Source of the DNA: Deinococcus sp.
Lineage (GTDB): Bacteria; Deinococcota; Deinococci; Deinococcales; Deinococcaceae
Direction: 5' to 3'
NCBI GenBank assembly: GCA_965261005.1
Contig: OZ253375.1
Location: 2,144,001 to 2,208,000 of the forward strand
DNA length: 64,000 nucleotides
Part shown: piece by piece, positions 31,897 through 41,851 of the stretch
Layout of the letters: every line of letters begins with the position of its first letter
Numbering within the stretch: position 1 is the first letter of the stretch
Notes under the pieces: model-generated
Database searches by the model: none
Told to the model about the DNA's origin: nothing
The model's input: the letters and a program-made list of their open reading frames with translations, nothing else
Made by a program: the position numbers and the translations under genes

Positions 31897-32478
31897 TCAG
31901 TCCACATCCACAACCCCCGCGAGCTGCTGGGAAAGCAGTTCCTTGGCGCGAAAGACCCGGCTCTTGGCCGTGCCGAGGGCCACGCCGGTCAGGCGCGCGA
32001 TCTCGTCATAAGGCAGGTCCTCCACGAAGCGCAGCACCAGCGCCTCGCGGTAATCGGGCGCCAGCGTCATCAGGGCGTTTTGCACCCGCTCGGCGGTGTC
32101 GGCGCTTTCGGCCCGTGCGGCCGGGCCGCGCGCCCCGCTCTCCACCTCGAAGCCCACCTCCTCGCCGGCCTCGTCGAGGGAAAAGCGCGGCAGCTGCTTG
32201 CGGCGGTGGCGCTCGATCTGGGTATTGCGCGCGATCTGGTACAGCCACGGCAGCACCCGCTCGCCCGCCTTGAAGGTCTTGATCGAGCGCCAAGCGCGGT
32301 AAAACACTTCCTGCGTGAGGTCGAGGGCGTCCTCGCGGTTGCCTTCCAATCGGAACAGGTAATTGTACATGCGCCCCTCGTGCGCGCTCACAAAAGCGTG
32401 CCACGCCGCCTCGTCGCCGGCGCACAATGGGCGCAGCGCGGCGGACGTCAGAATCTCGGCCGCTTCCACCTCTTTCAT
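31897..32478 (-). CDS. ECF sigma factor
   Basis: DALDLTQEVF, WLYQIARN, REALVLRF..LPYDEIA...GTAKSRVFRAK. Confidence 0.94.
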   Translation of the reverse strand: MKEVEAAEILTSAALRPLCAGDEAAWHAFVSAHEGRMYNYLFRLEGNREDALDLTQEVFYRAWRSIKTFKAGERVLPWLYQIARNTQIERHRRKQLPRFSLDEAGEEVGFEVESGARGPAARAESADTAERVQNALMTLAPDYREALVLRFVEDLPYDEIARLTGVALGTAKSRVFRAKELLSQQLAGVVDVD

Positions 32479-32549
32479 TACGCCGCCACGCCCGCAAAGG
32501 TTGCCATGCGGGCAGCATACGGAGTTTGCGCGGCGCTATGCTGTGCCGC

Positions 32550-32873
32550 GTGGAAGCCCCGCCCAACCTCCTCGCCTCGCTGCTGCCCGCCCTGTCGCTG
32601 GGGGGCGTGCTGGGTTTCAGCGCCGGCTACGCCGTCAAGCGGGTCGGCCGGCTGGTTATCTTCGTGGTGGGCGCCTTGTTCGTGTTGGTTCAGCTGCTGG
32701 CCTACTGGGGCGTCCTCAGCGTCAATTGGGGCGAGGTCCAGACGGCCACCGAGCCGCTCTTGCAAGACGGGGCGCGGCAAGGGTCGGCCTGGCTGTGGCG
32801 GGTGCTGACCGCCAACCTGCCCTTTGGCGCCGCCTTTACGGCCGGCGTGGCGCTGGGGCTGCGGGCGCGCTGA
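32550..32873 (+). CDS. FUN14-domain membrane protein
   Basis: LGGVLGFSAGYAVKRVGR, QLLAYWGVLSVNW, NLPFGAAFTAG. Confidence 0.85.
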   Translation: MEAPPNLLASLLPALSLGGVLGFSAGYAVKRVGRLVIFVVGALFVLVQLLAYWGVLSVNWGEVQTATEPLLQDGARQGSAWLWRVLTANLPFGAAFTAGVALGLRAR

Positions 32874-32888
32874 CCGGACGCCAAAAAG

Positions 32889-33371
32889 CTAGGCGTCCTC
32901 CTCGAAGTCTTCCTCGCCGTGAACGTGGCCGTGTTCCAGCTCCTCGGGGGTGGCGTCGCGGATGCCGAGCACCGCCACCTGAAAGTCGAGCGTCTCGCCG
33001 GCCAGGGGCGGGTTGAAGTCCACCTTGACCCCTTCGGGCAGCACCTCGATGACGGTTAAGGGCGTGATGGAGCCGTCCTCGCTTTGGGCGTAGTACGAGG
33101 CGCCCACCTCCACGTCATCGTCGAAGTCCTCGCGGGGAAGCACCTGTACGTTGTCCTCGTCGCGCACGCCGTAGCCGTCCTCCGGGGCGACCGTCACCTG
33201 CAAGCTGTCGCCGACCTGCTTGCCGCTCAGGGCGCGCTCCAGGCCGGGGATGATGTTGTGGTGCCCCTGCAAGTAGATGAGCGGCTCGCCCGGCTCGCTC
33301 TGATCCACGATCTCGCCGCCCACGCGCAGGGTGTACTCCAGCTCGACGACCTTGTTGTCCGCAATCTTCAT
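32889..33371 (-). CDS. slyD: FKBP-type peptidyl-prolyl isomerase
   Basis: MKIADNKVVELEYTL, IIPGLERAL, VDFNPPLAGETLDF, ATPEELEHGHVH. Confidence 0.94.
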   Translation of the reverse strand: MKIADNKVVELEYTLRVGGEIVDQSEPGEPLIYLQGHHNIIPGLERALSGKQVGDSLQVTVAPEDGYGVRDEDNVQVLPREDFDDDVEVGASYYAQSEDGSITPLTVIEVLPEGVKVDFNPPLAGETLDFQVAVLGIRDATPEELEHGHVHGEEDFEEDA

Positions 33372-33693
33372 AGCGTCCCCTCCACCTAACCGGCTGCCTC
33401 GAATTCCGCCCAAGTCTAGCAGCCAATCCCCGCGATCAAACGGCCCGTCACGCTTTAAAATTGGTTCATCCGTTATTCTTGAGGGCCGTGGGGCGCGGGC
33501 ATTTCGGCCCGGTCCAATTTGTAGGTTTTATCGGCGCGCGCGGTCCTGACTCGGCCGGGCGCGGCACCGAAAGGAGTCAAGACATGAAAAGAGCTGAGTA
33601 CTCGTGCGTCGGGCCGAAGCCGCCTTCGGCCCTTACCCGCGTCCGCTGGGCGCGAACGTTGGAAGGGCGCCAACCTTCGCTTGGAGGGGTGTG

Positions 33694-35034
33694 ATGCACA
33701 AGGTAGCGATTGTCGGCCGTCCCAACGTGGGCAAGTCGAGTTTGTTCAACCGTCTGGTCGGGCGCCGTGAGGCGGTGGTCGCCGACGTGCCCGGCGTCAC
33801 CCGCGATGTCAAAGAGGGCGTGATGCTGTATGAGAACCACCGCATCGTCCTGATGGACACCGGCGGCCTCTGGGGCGGCGACGAGTGGGAGGCGCCCATC
33901 CGCCAAAAGGCCGAGTGGGCCATGGAGGGCGCCCTCGCGGTCATCTTCGTGCTGGACCCGCGCGGGGGCCTGAGCGCCGCCGACGAGGAGGTGGCCCAGT
34001 GGCTGCGCCGCCTGGGCAAGCCGGTGGTGGTCGCCGCCAACAAGATTGACTCGCCCAAGCACGACGCCTACCTGGCCGATTTGTGGGGCCTCGGCTTCGG
34101 CGAGCCGGTGCCCATCAGCGCCGAGCACGCGCGCGGCCTCGACGAGCTGATGGACCAGGTGCTCGCGTACCTGCCGGACGACGACGAGGACGTGTCCGAG
34201 GTGGCCCCCATTCGCCTCTCCCTGATCGGGCGACCCAACGTGGGCAAGTCGAGTTTGCTCAACGCCATCACCGGGGACGAGCGCGTGATCGTCTCGCCGC
34301 AGCCCGGCACCACCCGCGACAGCGTGGACGTGGAGTGGGACTACGCCGGGCAGCGCTTCGTGTTGGTGGACACCGCCGGCATCAGGAAGCGCCCCGAGAG
34401 CGCCGTCGAGGAGTACGCCATGCTGCGCTCTGAAGCGGCCGTTGGGCGCTCGGACGTGATTTTGTTGGTGGTCAACGCCGGCGAGATCGGCGATCACGAG
34501 CTGAAGCTGGCCAACCTCGCCTACGACGCCGGCAAGCCGGTGGTCGTGGTGGTCAACAAATGGGACTTGGTGCCGGGCGACGAGCTGAAGCGCACCGAGA
34601 AGTTCCTCAACGAGAAGCTGGCCCACATCGGCTTCGCGCCCAGGGTGTACACCAGCGCCATCAACGACTACGGCATTCACGACCTGCTGGCCGAGGCCAT
34701 CAAGCTGCACGACAAGTGGCAGTCGCGCATTCCGACCAGCGACCTCAACCGCTGGCTGGAGGTGTGGCAAATGCGCCAGCGGGTGCCCAACTTTCAGGGC
34801 CGCCCGCTCAAGATGTACTTCATGACCCAGGTGGAGACGGCCCCACCCACCTTCGTGATCTTTTGCAACCGCGCCGACTACGTGACGCGCGCCTACGAGA
34901 ACTTTCTGCACAACCGCATTCGCGAGGACTTGGATTTGGCGGGCGTGCCGGTCAAGCTGGTCTGGCGCGAAAAGGGACCGTACAAGAAAAAGGACCGCGC
35001 AAGGGAGGCGCGCGGCGAGGAAAAGACGGCTTGA
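33694..35034 (+). CDS. der: Ribosome biogenesis GTPase Der (EngA)
   Basis: Two GRPNVGKSSL G-domains, DTGG/DTAG, NKID/NKWD. Confidence 0.97.
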   Translation: MHKVAIVGRPNVGKSSLFNRLVGRREAVVADVPGVTRDVKEGVMLYENHRIVLMDTGGLWGGDEWEAPIRQKAEWAMEGALAVIFVLDPRGGLSAADEEVAQWLRRLGKPVVVAANKIDSPKHDAYLADLWGLGFGEPVPISAEHARGLDELMDQVLAYLPDDDEDVSEVAPIRLSLIGRPNVGKSSLLNAITGDERVIVSPQPGTTRDSVDVEWDYAGQRFVLVDTAGIRKRPESAVEEYAMLRSEAAVGRSDVILLVVNAGEIGDHELKLANLAYDAGKPVVVVVNKWDLVPGDELKRTEKFLNEKLAHIGFAPRVYTSAINDYGIHDLLAEAIKLHDKWQSRIPTSDLNRWLEVWQMRQRVPNFQGRPLKMYFMTQVETAPPTFVIFCNRADYVTRAYENFLHNRIREDLDLAGVPVKLVWREKGPYKKKDRAREARGEEKTA

Positions 35035-35056
35035 AAACTGTGATATGAGCGCACAT

Positions 35057-35118
35057 TGGATCTCTTGCGAAAGTGAGCATCGAGGTTGTCCCCGATGCTC
35101 ACTTTCGTAGGAGGTCTA
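35057..35118. mobile_element. 62-bp MITE-like palindrome built from two IS5/ISL2-type ends
   Basis: Ends TGGATCTCTTGCGAAAGT / ACTTTCGTAGGAGGTCTA each differ by 2 nt from TAGACCTCTTGCGAAAGT, the IR type of the IS at 39140-39991. Confidence 0.75.
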
Positions 35119-37215
35119 TTGACTCCAGGAATTGGCCCGCTGGTCGTTGATATGCACCCAGAACCTTCCGGTGGGCGCGGACGCGCTGTCCGCGTAGTAG
35201 CGAAAGCCACCCTGGCCGTCATGAAACTCGGCCATTCTCCACTCCGGGCCGAAGGTGCGCGCGCACCATGAGTTGGCGGTGTCGAGCGAGCTGAGATCGG
35301 CCCCGACGACCGGCGGCGTGAAGCGCACCTCACCGTGAGCCCAGCCGTGGTAAAAGTCGGGGGCGACGGGCAGGGACGCGGGTACCGGGCGTCCATCCTG
35401 CTTCAGGCACATGACGGACAAACTGACATCGTTCGCCGTGTCGCCCTGATAGACATTGCTCTGGTCGTCAACGCCGACCATGATGACGCCGGGGGCTGCG
35501 TTGGGATTGAGCACCCGCCAGGTCATCCCGGGATGCTTGGCAAAGGTCCGCACGGCGCAGTTACCGTCGTCCATCGTCTTTCCGCCTGTTTGCGGCATGA
35601 ACAGCTGAGAGAAGACGGTGCAGGTTGCGAAGGGCGATGTCGAATCCCGCCATTGATTGTTGTCGTCCAGACTGTGAATGTAGCCCAGGGCGGCGTTAGG
35701 CTGAAGGTCCGCCGTCGGGCCGCCAAATTCGCCGATCAGGCGCCGGAACTCGCCTGAACTGAGCAGAATCAGCTTGCTCATGGTGAGCGTGTTGTAGGCG
35801 GCGGGCAGCTTCATCACGTCGAAGCGCTGCTCTGGATTGGTCTTGCCCGAGGCGTCAATCTGGAGCAGCGTTCGATTGACCTCTTGTAAGTTGGTCGTTT
35901 TTCCTGGCGCCTGGGCCATCACCTGATCGAAGATGGCGTCGCTACCCTCCAGGAGCGCCTTCAATTCGTCCGGGGTGTACCCGGTCGCGCGCTTGACCAG
36001 ACTGTCCACCAAGCGCTCTTTCAACTCTTTGAGAATGTCGATGTTGAAGAAGTTGATGCTCAAAATTTTCCCCAGCAGGTCGGGTGCGCCGGCCATGGAG
36101 AGCAGGTGGTCATAGATGTAGCGCTGCCCGACCTCCTTGGCACGGTCGACGTTCATGCTGGCCTGTGACAAGTCCGCCGAGGTCGAGGTGAAGACCAGCG
36201 CCTTGTTGATCTCATGGCTGGTCTCAGGCCAGGCGCGCAACCCGTCGTCAATGTCGCGCCGCCAATGCTCACGGTAGGTCGTCTGTACGGCGTGGGCGGC
36301 TACATATGCCGATAACCTTGTGCTCCAGTATGCCTTGCACGGCATGTTGTACCACTTGCAAGCCTTCAGCTTGCTTATGTATTCGGACTTGGTGTTGTAA
36401 TACTTGTCGATCTCTTGTTGAAGTCCGGCGCGCATCTTCGAGAAGATGAAAGGCACGGAGAAATCAGTTCCGGGGCCTTCATACAGCCCTTCAACACTGC
36501 CGTTGAGCGCGGGGTCGTGCAGCGGGGTGCCCGGCTTGGCGTCAATCATTTGGCGGTAGATGTAATCCTGAACGCCGTCTATGCTCAGGTCGGCGGTGGT
36601 CACATAGTCGGAAACGTTCGAGGTGGGGGTCCCCAGCGGGCGGTCGAACTTGAGGATGTTGGGCGTCCGCTTGCCGATGTAACCCTCAAGCACGAGGTGC
36701 TTGAGCGCATTTGTGGGCGGAGTTATTGTGAACTTGTCTTCCGTGTACTCATCGATCAAAGTATGGCCGAACATGTCGCCGCCCGCGTGGGTCAGGTAGC
36801 CGGCGACAAAGGCTTTGACCGCGCCGCTTTCGCCGCGGCTGGTGTTCCACAGATGCTCCAGCCACTTGTCGGAATTGATGCCCTCGGTCGGCCCAGGATG
36901 GATGACCTGCTGACCCGTCAGAATGTCGGGGTAGGCGTCTGGTCCGGTCACGCCCGCACGGTATTGGCTGGGATTGGCGCGTAGCGCGGCGAGCAGATCA
37001 GGATCGACGGCGTACTGCCTGGTAATGGGCTGTCCGGTGGCGGGCGAAATCTGCACGTGTCCGTTCAACAATACGTTTACGGTGATGTTACCGTCGTCGA
37101 GCGCGTCTCTGAGCGCCTCCTCGGCCAAGTACATATGGGTAGCGGGTTTCCAGGCGCCCGCCGTGGAGAAGGCGGCGAGCGCCAACAAAACGCTGATGCG
37201 GCGAGGTGTGTTCAC
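35116..37215 (-). CDS. Secreted zinc-dependent phospholipase C / S1-P1 nuclease-fold enzyme with C-terminal Trp/Cys domain (699 aa)
   Basis: Signal peptide AGA|WKPATH exposing Trp1/His6; GPD, HAGGDMFGH, HLVLE zinc ligands; GTG at 37215 overlaps upstream stop. Confidence 0.82.
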   Translation of the reverse strand: MNTPRRISVLLALAAFSTAGAWKPATHMYLAEEALRDALDDGNITVNVLLNGHVQISPATGQPITRQYAVDPDLLAALRANPSQYRAGVTGPDAYPDILTGQQVIHPGPTEGINSDKWLEHLWNTSRGESGAVKAFVAGYLTHAGGDMFGHTLIDEYTEDKFTITPPTNALKHLVLEGYIGKRTPNILKFDRPLGTPTSNVSDYVTTADLSIDGVQDYIYRQMIDAKPGTPLHDPALNGSVEGLYEGPGTDFSVPFIFSKMRAGLQQEIDKYYNTKSEYISKLKACKWYNMPCKAYWSTRLSAYVAAHAVQTTYREHWRRDIDDGLRAWPETSHEINKALVFTSTSADLSQASMNVDRAKEVGQRYIYDHLLSMAGAPDLLGKILSINFFNIDILKELKERLVDSLVKRATGYTPDELKALLEGSDAIFDQVMAQAPGKTTNLQEVNRTLLQIDASGKTNPEQRFDVMKLPAAYNTLTMSKLILLSSGEFRRLIGEFGGPTADLQPNAALGYIHSLDDNNQWRDSTSPFATCTVFSQLFMPQTGGKTMDDGNCAVRTFAKHPGMTWRVLNPNAAPGVIMVGVDDQSNVYQGDTANDVSLSVMCLKQDGRPVPASLPVAPDFYHGWAHGEVRFTPPVVGADLSSLDTANSWCARTFGPEWRMAEFHDGQGGFRYYADSASAPTGRFWVHINDQRANSWSQ

Positions 37216-38147
37216 TTCGACCCCTGAAATGGACGGGGCGGGCTGGGGTCGAACGGCGGAAAGGGGACCCGTGGGGGAAGCGGAATAGGTTGCCATGTGA
37301 AGACTGGCCTGCTGTCGTAGACGCTTTGAGCTTGCTGCGCTTGTGCAGGCGAGATCAGGCCGGGATCTTGATCGAGCCGCACGGCGCTTCCCACGTCCGG
37401 CTGCACACGCGTTCCGGTCTGAGTGATCAAGGTGGGCAGCCCGGCAGGCACTATATAGGCGACGTCGTTGACGTCGTCGGGAACGGCCAACCAATGAAAG
37501 TTAAATGGATCGTACGACCGTGCGCTGTCACCCAGCGCGATGGCAACGACGGTATCTGGGGAGGCGACGTCCGGCGCTCGGCGCGCGGCTTCGGTCGGAC
37601 CGTCCAGCTGGCTCACAGGAGCGTCGAAGAGGACAAAGGTCGTCTCGTCGGTCGCGCGCTCGCCACCCACGTAGAGCGGCGCCTTGGCCAAACCGGCGAC
37701 GCGCCCATCGGCCAGCAGCAGAGGAATCAAGGCCGCGTTGCCAAATCTGCGCAGTTGCTGTTGAAGGGTTCCTGCACGCGCAGCGTCCTCTTCAGCACTG
37801 GCGGCGGCGTCAATTTCGAAGTCAACGGGTGACAGCAGCTCAGTGGGCGTGCCGGCACGCAAGGCGCCGCCGATGAACCGGCCCTGGGCGTCAAGCAGTG
37901 GCACGGCCCAGGCCGGCGTCTGTCCGGATCCCTGCCAAATGAGATCGTCAATCTGAAGCGCGGCAGCGGCCTCTTGTGGCGTACGCAAATCCCCCACTTC
38001 GTCAGAGACGGGCATGATTGACTGGGCGCGCAACGGCGAGACAGAATTTGTCGCCGTTTTGGGAGCGTTAGCAGGTACGTTTGTTCCACAACTGGCGAGC
38101 AGCAGGGTGGCCGTCGCAAGCGCAACGTGTCGAACTGTAATGGGCAT
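37212..38147 (-). CDS. Lipoprotein of unknown function, coupled to the zinc-enzyme gene
   Basis: Lipobox LLASC; AAAGGA RBS; Pro-rich C-terminus; GTGA overlap. Confidence 0.78.
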   Translation of the reverse strand: MPITVRHVALATATLLLASCGTNVPANAPKTATNSVSPLRAQSIMPVSDEVGDLRTPQEAAAALQIDDLIWQGSGQTPAWAVPLLDAQGRFIGGALRAGTPTELLSPVDFEIDAAASAEEDAARAGTLQQQLRRFGNAALIPLLLADGRVAGLAKAPLYVGGERATDETTFVLFDAPVSQLDGPTEAARRAPDVASPDTVVAIALGDSARSYDPFNFHWLAVPDDVNDVAYIVPAGLPTLITQTGTRVQPDVGSAVRLDQDPGLISPAQAQQAQSVYDSRPVFTWQPIPLPPRVPFPPFDPSPPRPFQGSK

Positions 38148-38428
38148 TATCCGTCCTTTGGAAGAAGCCAACCGTATTGAGGCGCGATGCGTCGAGGCCG
38201 ATGTATGAGGTCGGCACGGGCGTATCTGGTCGGATTGGGCGGTGTACAGGTTCCCGTGTATCTCGGTGAAAAAGTGTTCTTTGAGCTGAGCGCGCCCCCA
38301 GTGAAGATGAGAACGAATGGATAATACCGAGCTAACGGACGGCGCCCCGAGCGCCATCACCCCTTTCCGCGGCTGCTACAGCTACACGCTTTTGATCTGA
38401 GCGCACTTTGCCATAACATGAATTTGAA

Positions 38429-39118
38429 ATGAAACGGCTTCTTTCAAGTAAAACCGGCCGGTCATGGGGTGTCGTGGACACGCCGAGCGCGGCGGCCATG
38501 CTTCTGGATAAGGAGACATTGCGCTTTTTCGCCCCCTTTCTTGGCCGTGCTCGAACGGTCAGTCAAGCGGCGCGCCACGCACACGCGCGTGTTGATACCA
38601 CGATGTACCGCGTCGAGCGTTTGTTGGAGGCAGGGCTGCTCACACGTGTTGACGTTTCGGGTTTGCGTGGTCGCAAGCGTTACAAAGCGGTGGCAGACCG
38701 CTTCGTAGTTCCGTTTGACGCCACCCGCTTTGAGACGCTGGTCGACTTGCTGCTGCACCATGCCGCCGAACACCAACGTCAGTTCGCCCGAGGCTTGGTC
38801 GCTGCCATGGCGGGAGACGAAGGCGGTTGGATGCTGCGCGTTCACCGCGATGATGAGAATGACCGTGAGAGTCTAACTGTGGACGCTGCCCCACAAGGTC
38901 AACTGGATTGGCAGATGACCGAGATGCTTGCACACGACGCGCCGGCTACCTGGTTTACCTGGCAGGGACTGCGGCTCAAACAGGCACATGCCAAGGCGTT
39001 GCAGAGAGAATTACTTTCTCTGTGGCAACGCTACGACGCCTTGAGCTTCGGAGCAGAAACGGACGAACCCTACGTCAAGCACATGCTCCAACTTCATTTA
39101 ACGCCCATTGAGGAGTGA
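38429..39118 (+). CDS. Winged-HTH (ArsR-like) transcriptional regulator
   Basis: RFFAPFLGRARTVSQAA...YRVERLLEAGLL...RKRYKAVADRF; C-terminal LRL..A.ALQREL dimerisation-type segment. Confidence 0.78.
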   Translation: MKRLLSSKTGRSWGVVDTPSAAAMLLDKETLRFFAPFLGRARTVSQAARHAHARVDTTMYRVERLLEAGLLTRVDVSGLRGRKRYKAVADRFVVPFDATRFETLVDLLLHHAAEHQRQFARGLVAAMAGDEGGWMLRVHRDDENDRESLTVDAAPQGQLDWQMTEMLAHDAPATWFTWQGLRLKQAHAKALQRELLSLWQRYDALSFGAETDEPYVKHMLQLHLTPIEE

Positions 39119-39139
39119 TAGCGGTTCTGACAAGCTATG

Positions 39140-39991
39140 AGACCTCTTGCGAAAGTCAAGATTGGCAGGCGAGGTCGAGGTTACAGAGGGCGGCAAGGAG
39201 GTTGAGGCGCAGAGGGAGCGCTTGCGGCGATGGCGGTAAGTCTCCTTGAGAATGCCAAAGACCTTGAGCCGACGAATGGTGCAGGGCCACCAGCCGAACA
39301 CCCGAGTGCGCCCGGTTCTTCGTGCGCTGCGCCTGTGTCAAGGTGCCTCCAGGCTTCTTCTTGTGCGGCAACACCATGTTCTGGTGATCGCGTCCCACCC
39401 CTTGATACCCGGAGTCAGCGCGCAGTTGCGTCAAGTCGCGCATGGCTCCTTTACCCGTCGCCGTACACAGGATCGCCAAGGTCACGGCGTGGATGACCAC
39501 CTGAGTTTTCAGCGTGTGAGCTTCTCTTTCTCGCTGTAGTACGCCCGCTGTTTTTTTGGGGCCGTTCACACGGCGCCTCACTCACGTCCACCACGACCAC
39601 GGAGGAAACGGTGTCGTCACAGAGCGCCCGTTTACCTGGAAGGGTGAACTGGCCACTCTGGATCAGTGCGTCGGGGGCCCGTGTGACCGTGCGCTGAGCG
39701 CTGCTTTCGGTCATGCCCCAACGATAGCCCAGGTGGAACAGGGTAGGATACTTCCGCCAAAATTCGAGCGTCATGAGCAGCTGGTCCTCGATCAGCAAGG
39801 CGGCGGGACGGCCGGACTTCTTCTTGGCGGCTTCACGTGCGCGCAGCACTTCGACCATCTCAGCGTAGGTTTCTGGGTATACCCCGGTCAGCCGCCGAAA
39901 TTGCCTTCGCCCCAGTCGCTGCGCTTCCTCGTACTTCTTCACTTGTACTCCAACGTCCTTGCCCCTTGTGCCTCACTTTTGCAAGAGGTCT
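39140..39991 (-). mobile_element. IS5-family (ISL2-like) element with degraded two-ORF transposase
   Basis: 17-bp IRs AGACCTCTTGC(G/A)AAAGT at 39140-39156 and 39975-39991; orfA FRRLTGV...EDQLLMTLEFWR, A7 slippery run, orfB pieces ADSGYQG, IRRLKVF in different frames. Confidence 0.9.
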
Positions 39992-40144
39992 ATTTTTGGC
40001 GTGCGGCCCCATGGGGCCGCACGCCCCTCGTTTTCTCAAGTTGTCTAGCGCGGCCCACAATTTCTCATGTATTCACGCTCCTCAGCTGGTTATCCTTGCG
40101 ACGTCGGTCACAATTTGACGCCCCGTTCACCGCAGGAGACTCGA

Positions 40145-41803
<1,659 letters not shown>

Positions 41804-41819
41804 GCTTAGGAAAGCGTGA

Positions 41820-41843
41820 GGCGCCGCCCACAGGGGCGGCGCC
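41820..41843. terminator. Hairpin between convergent genes
   Basis: GGCGCCGCCC / GGGCGGCGCC 10-bp stem. Confidence 0.65.
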
Positions 41844-41851
41844 CTTCCCAT

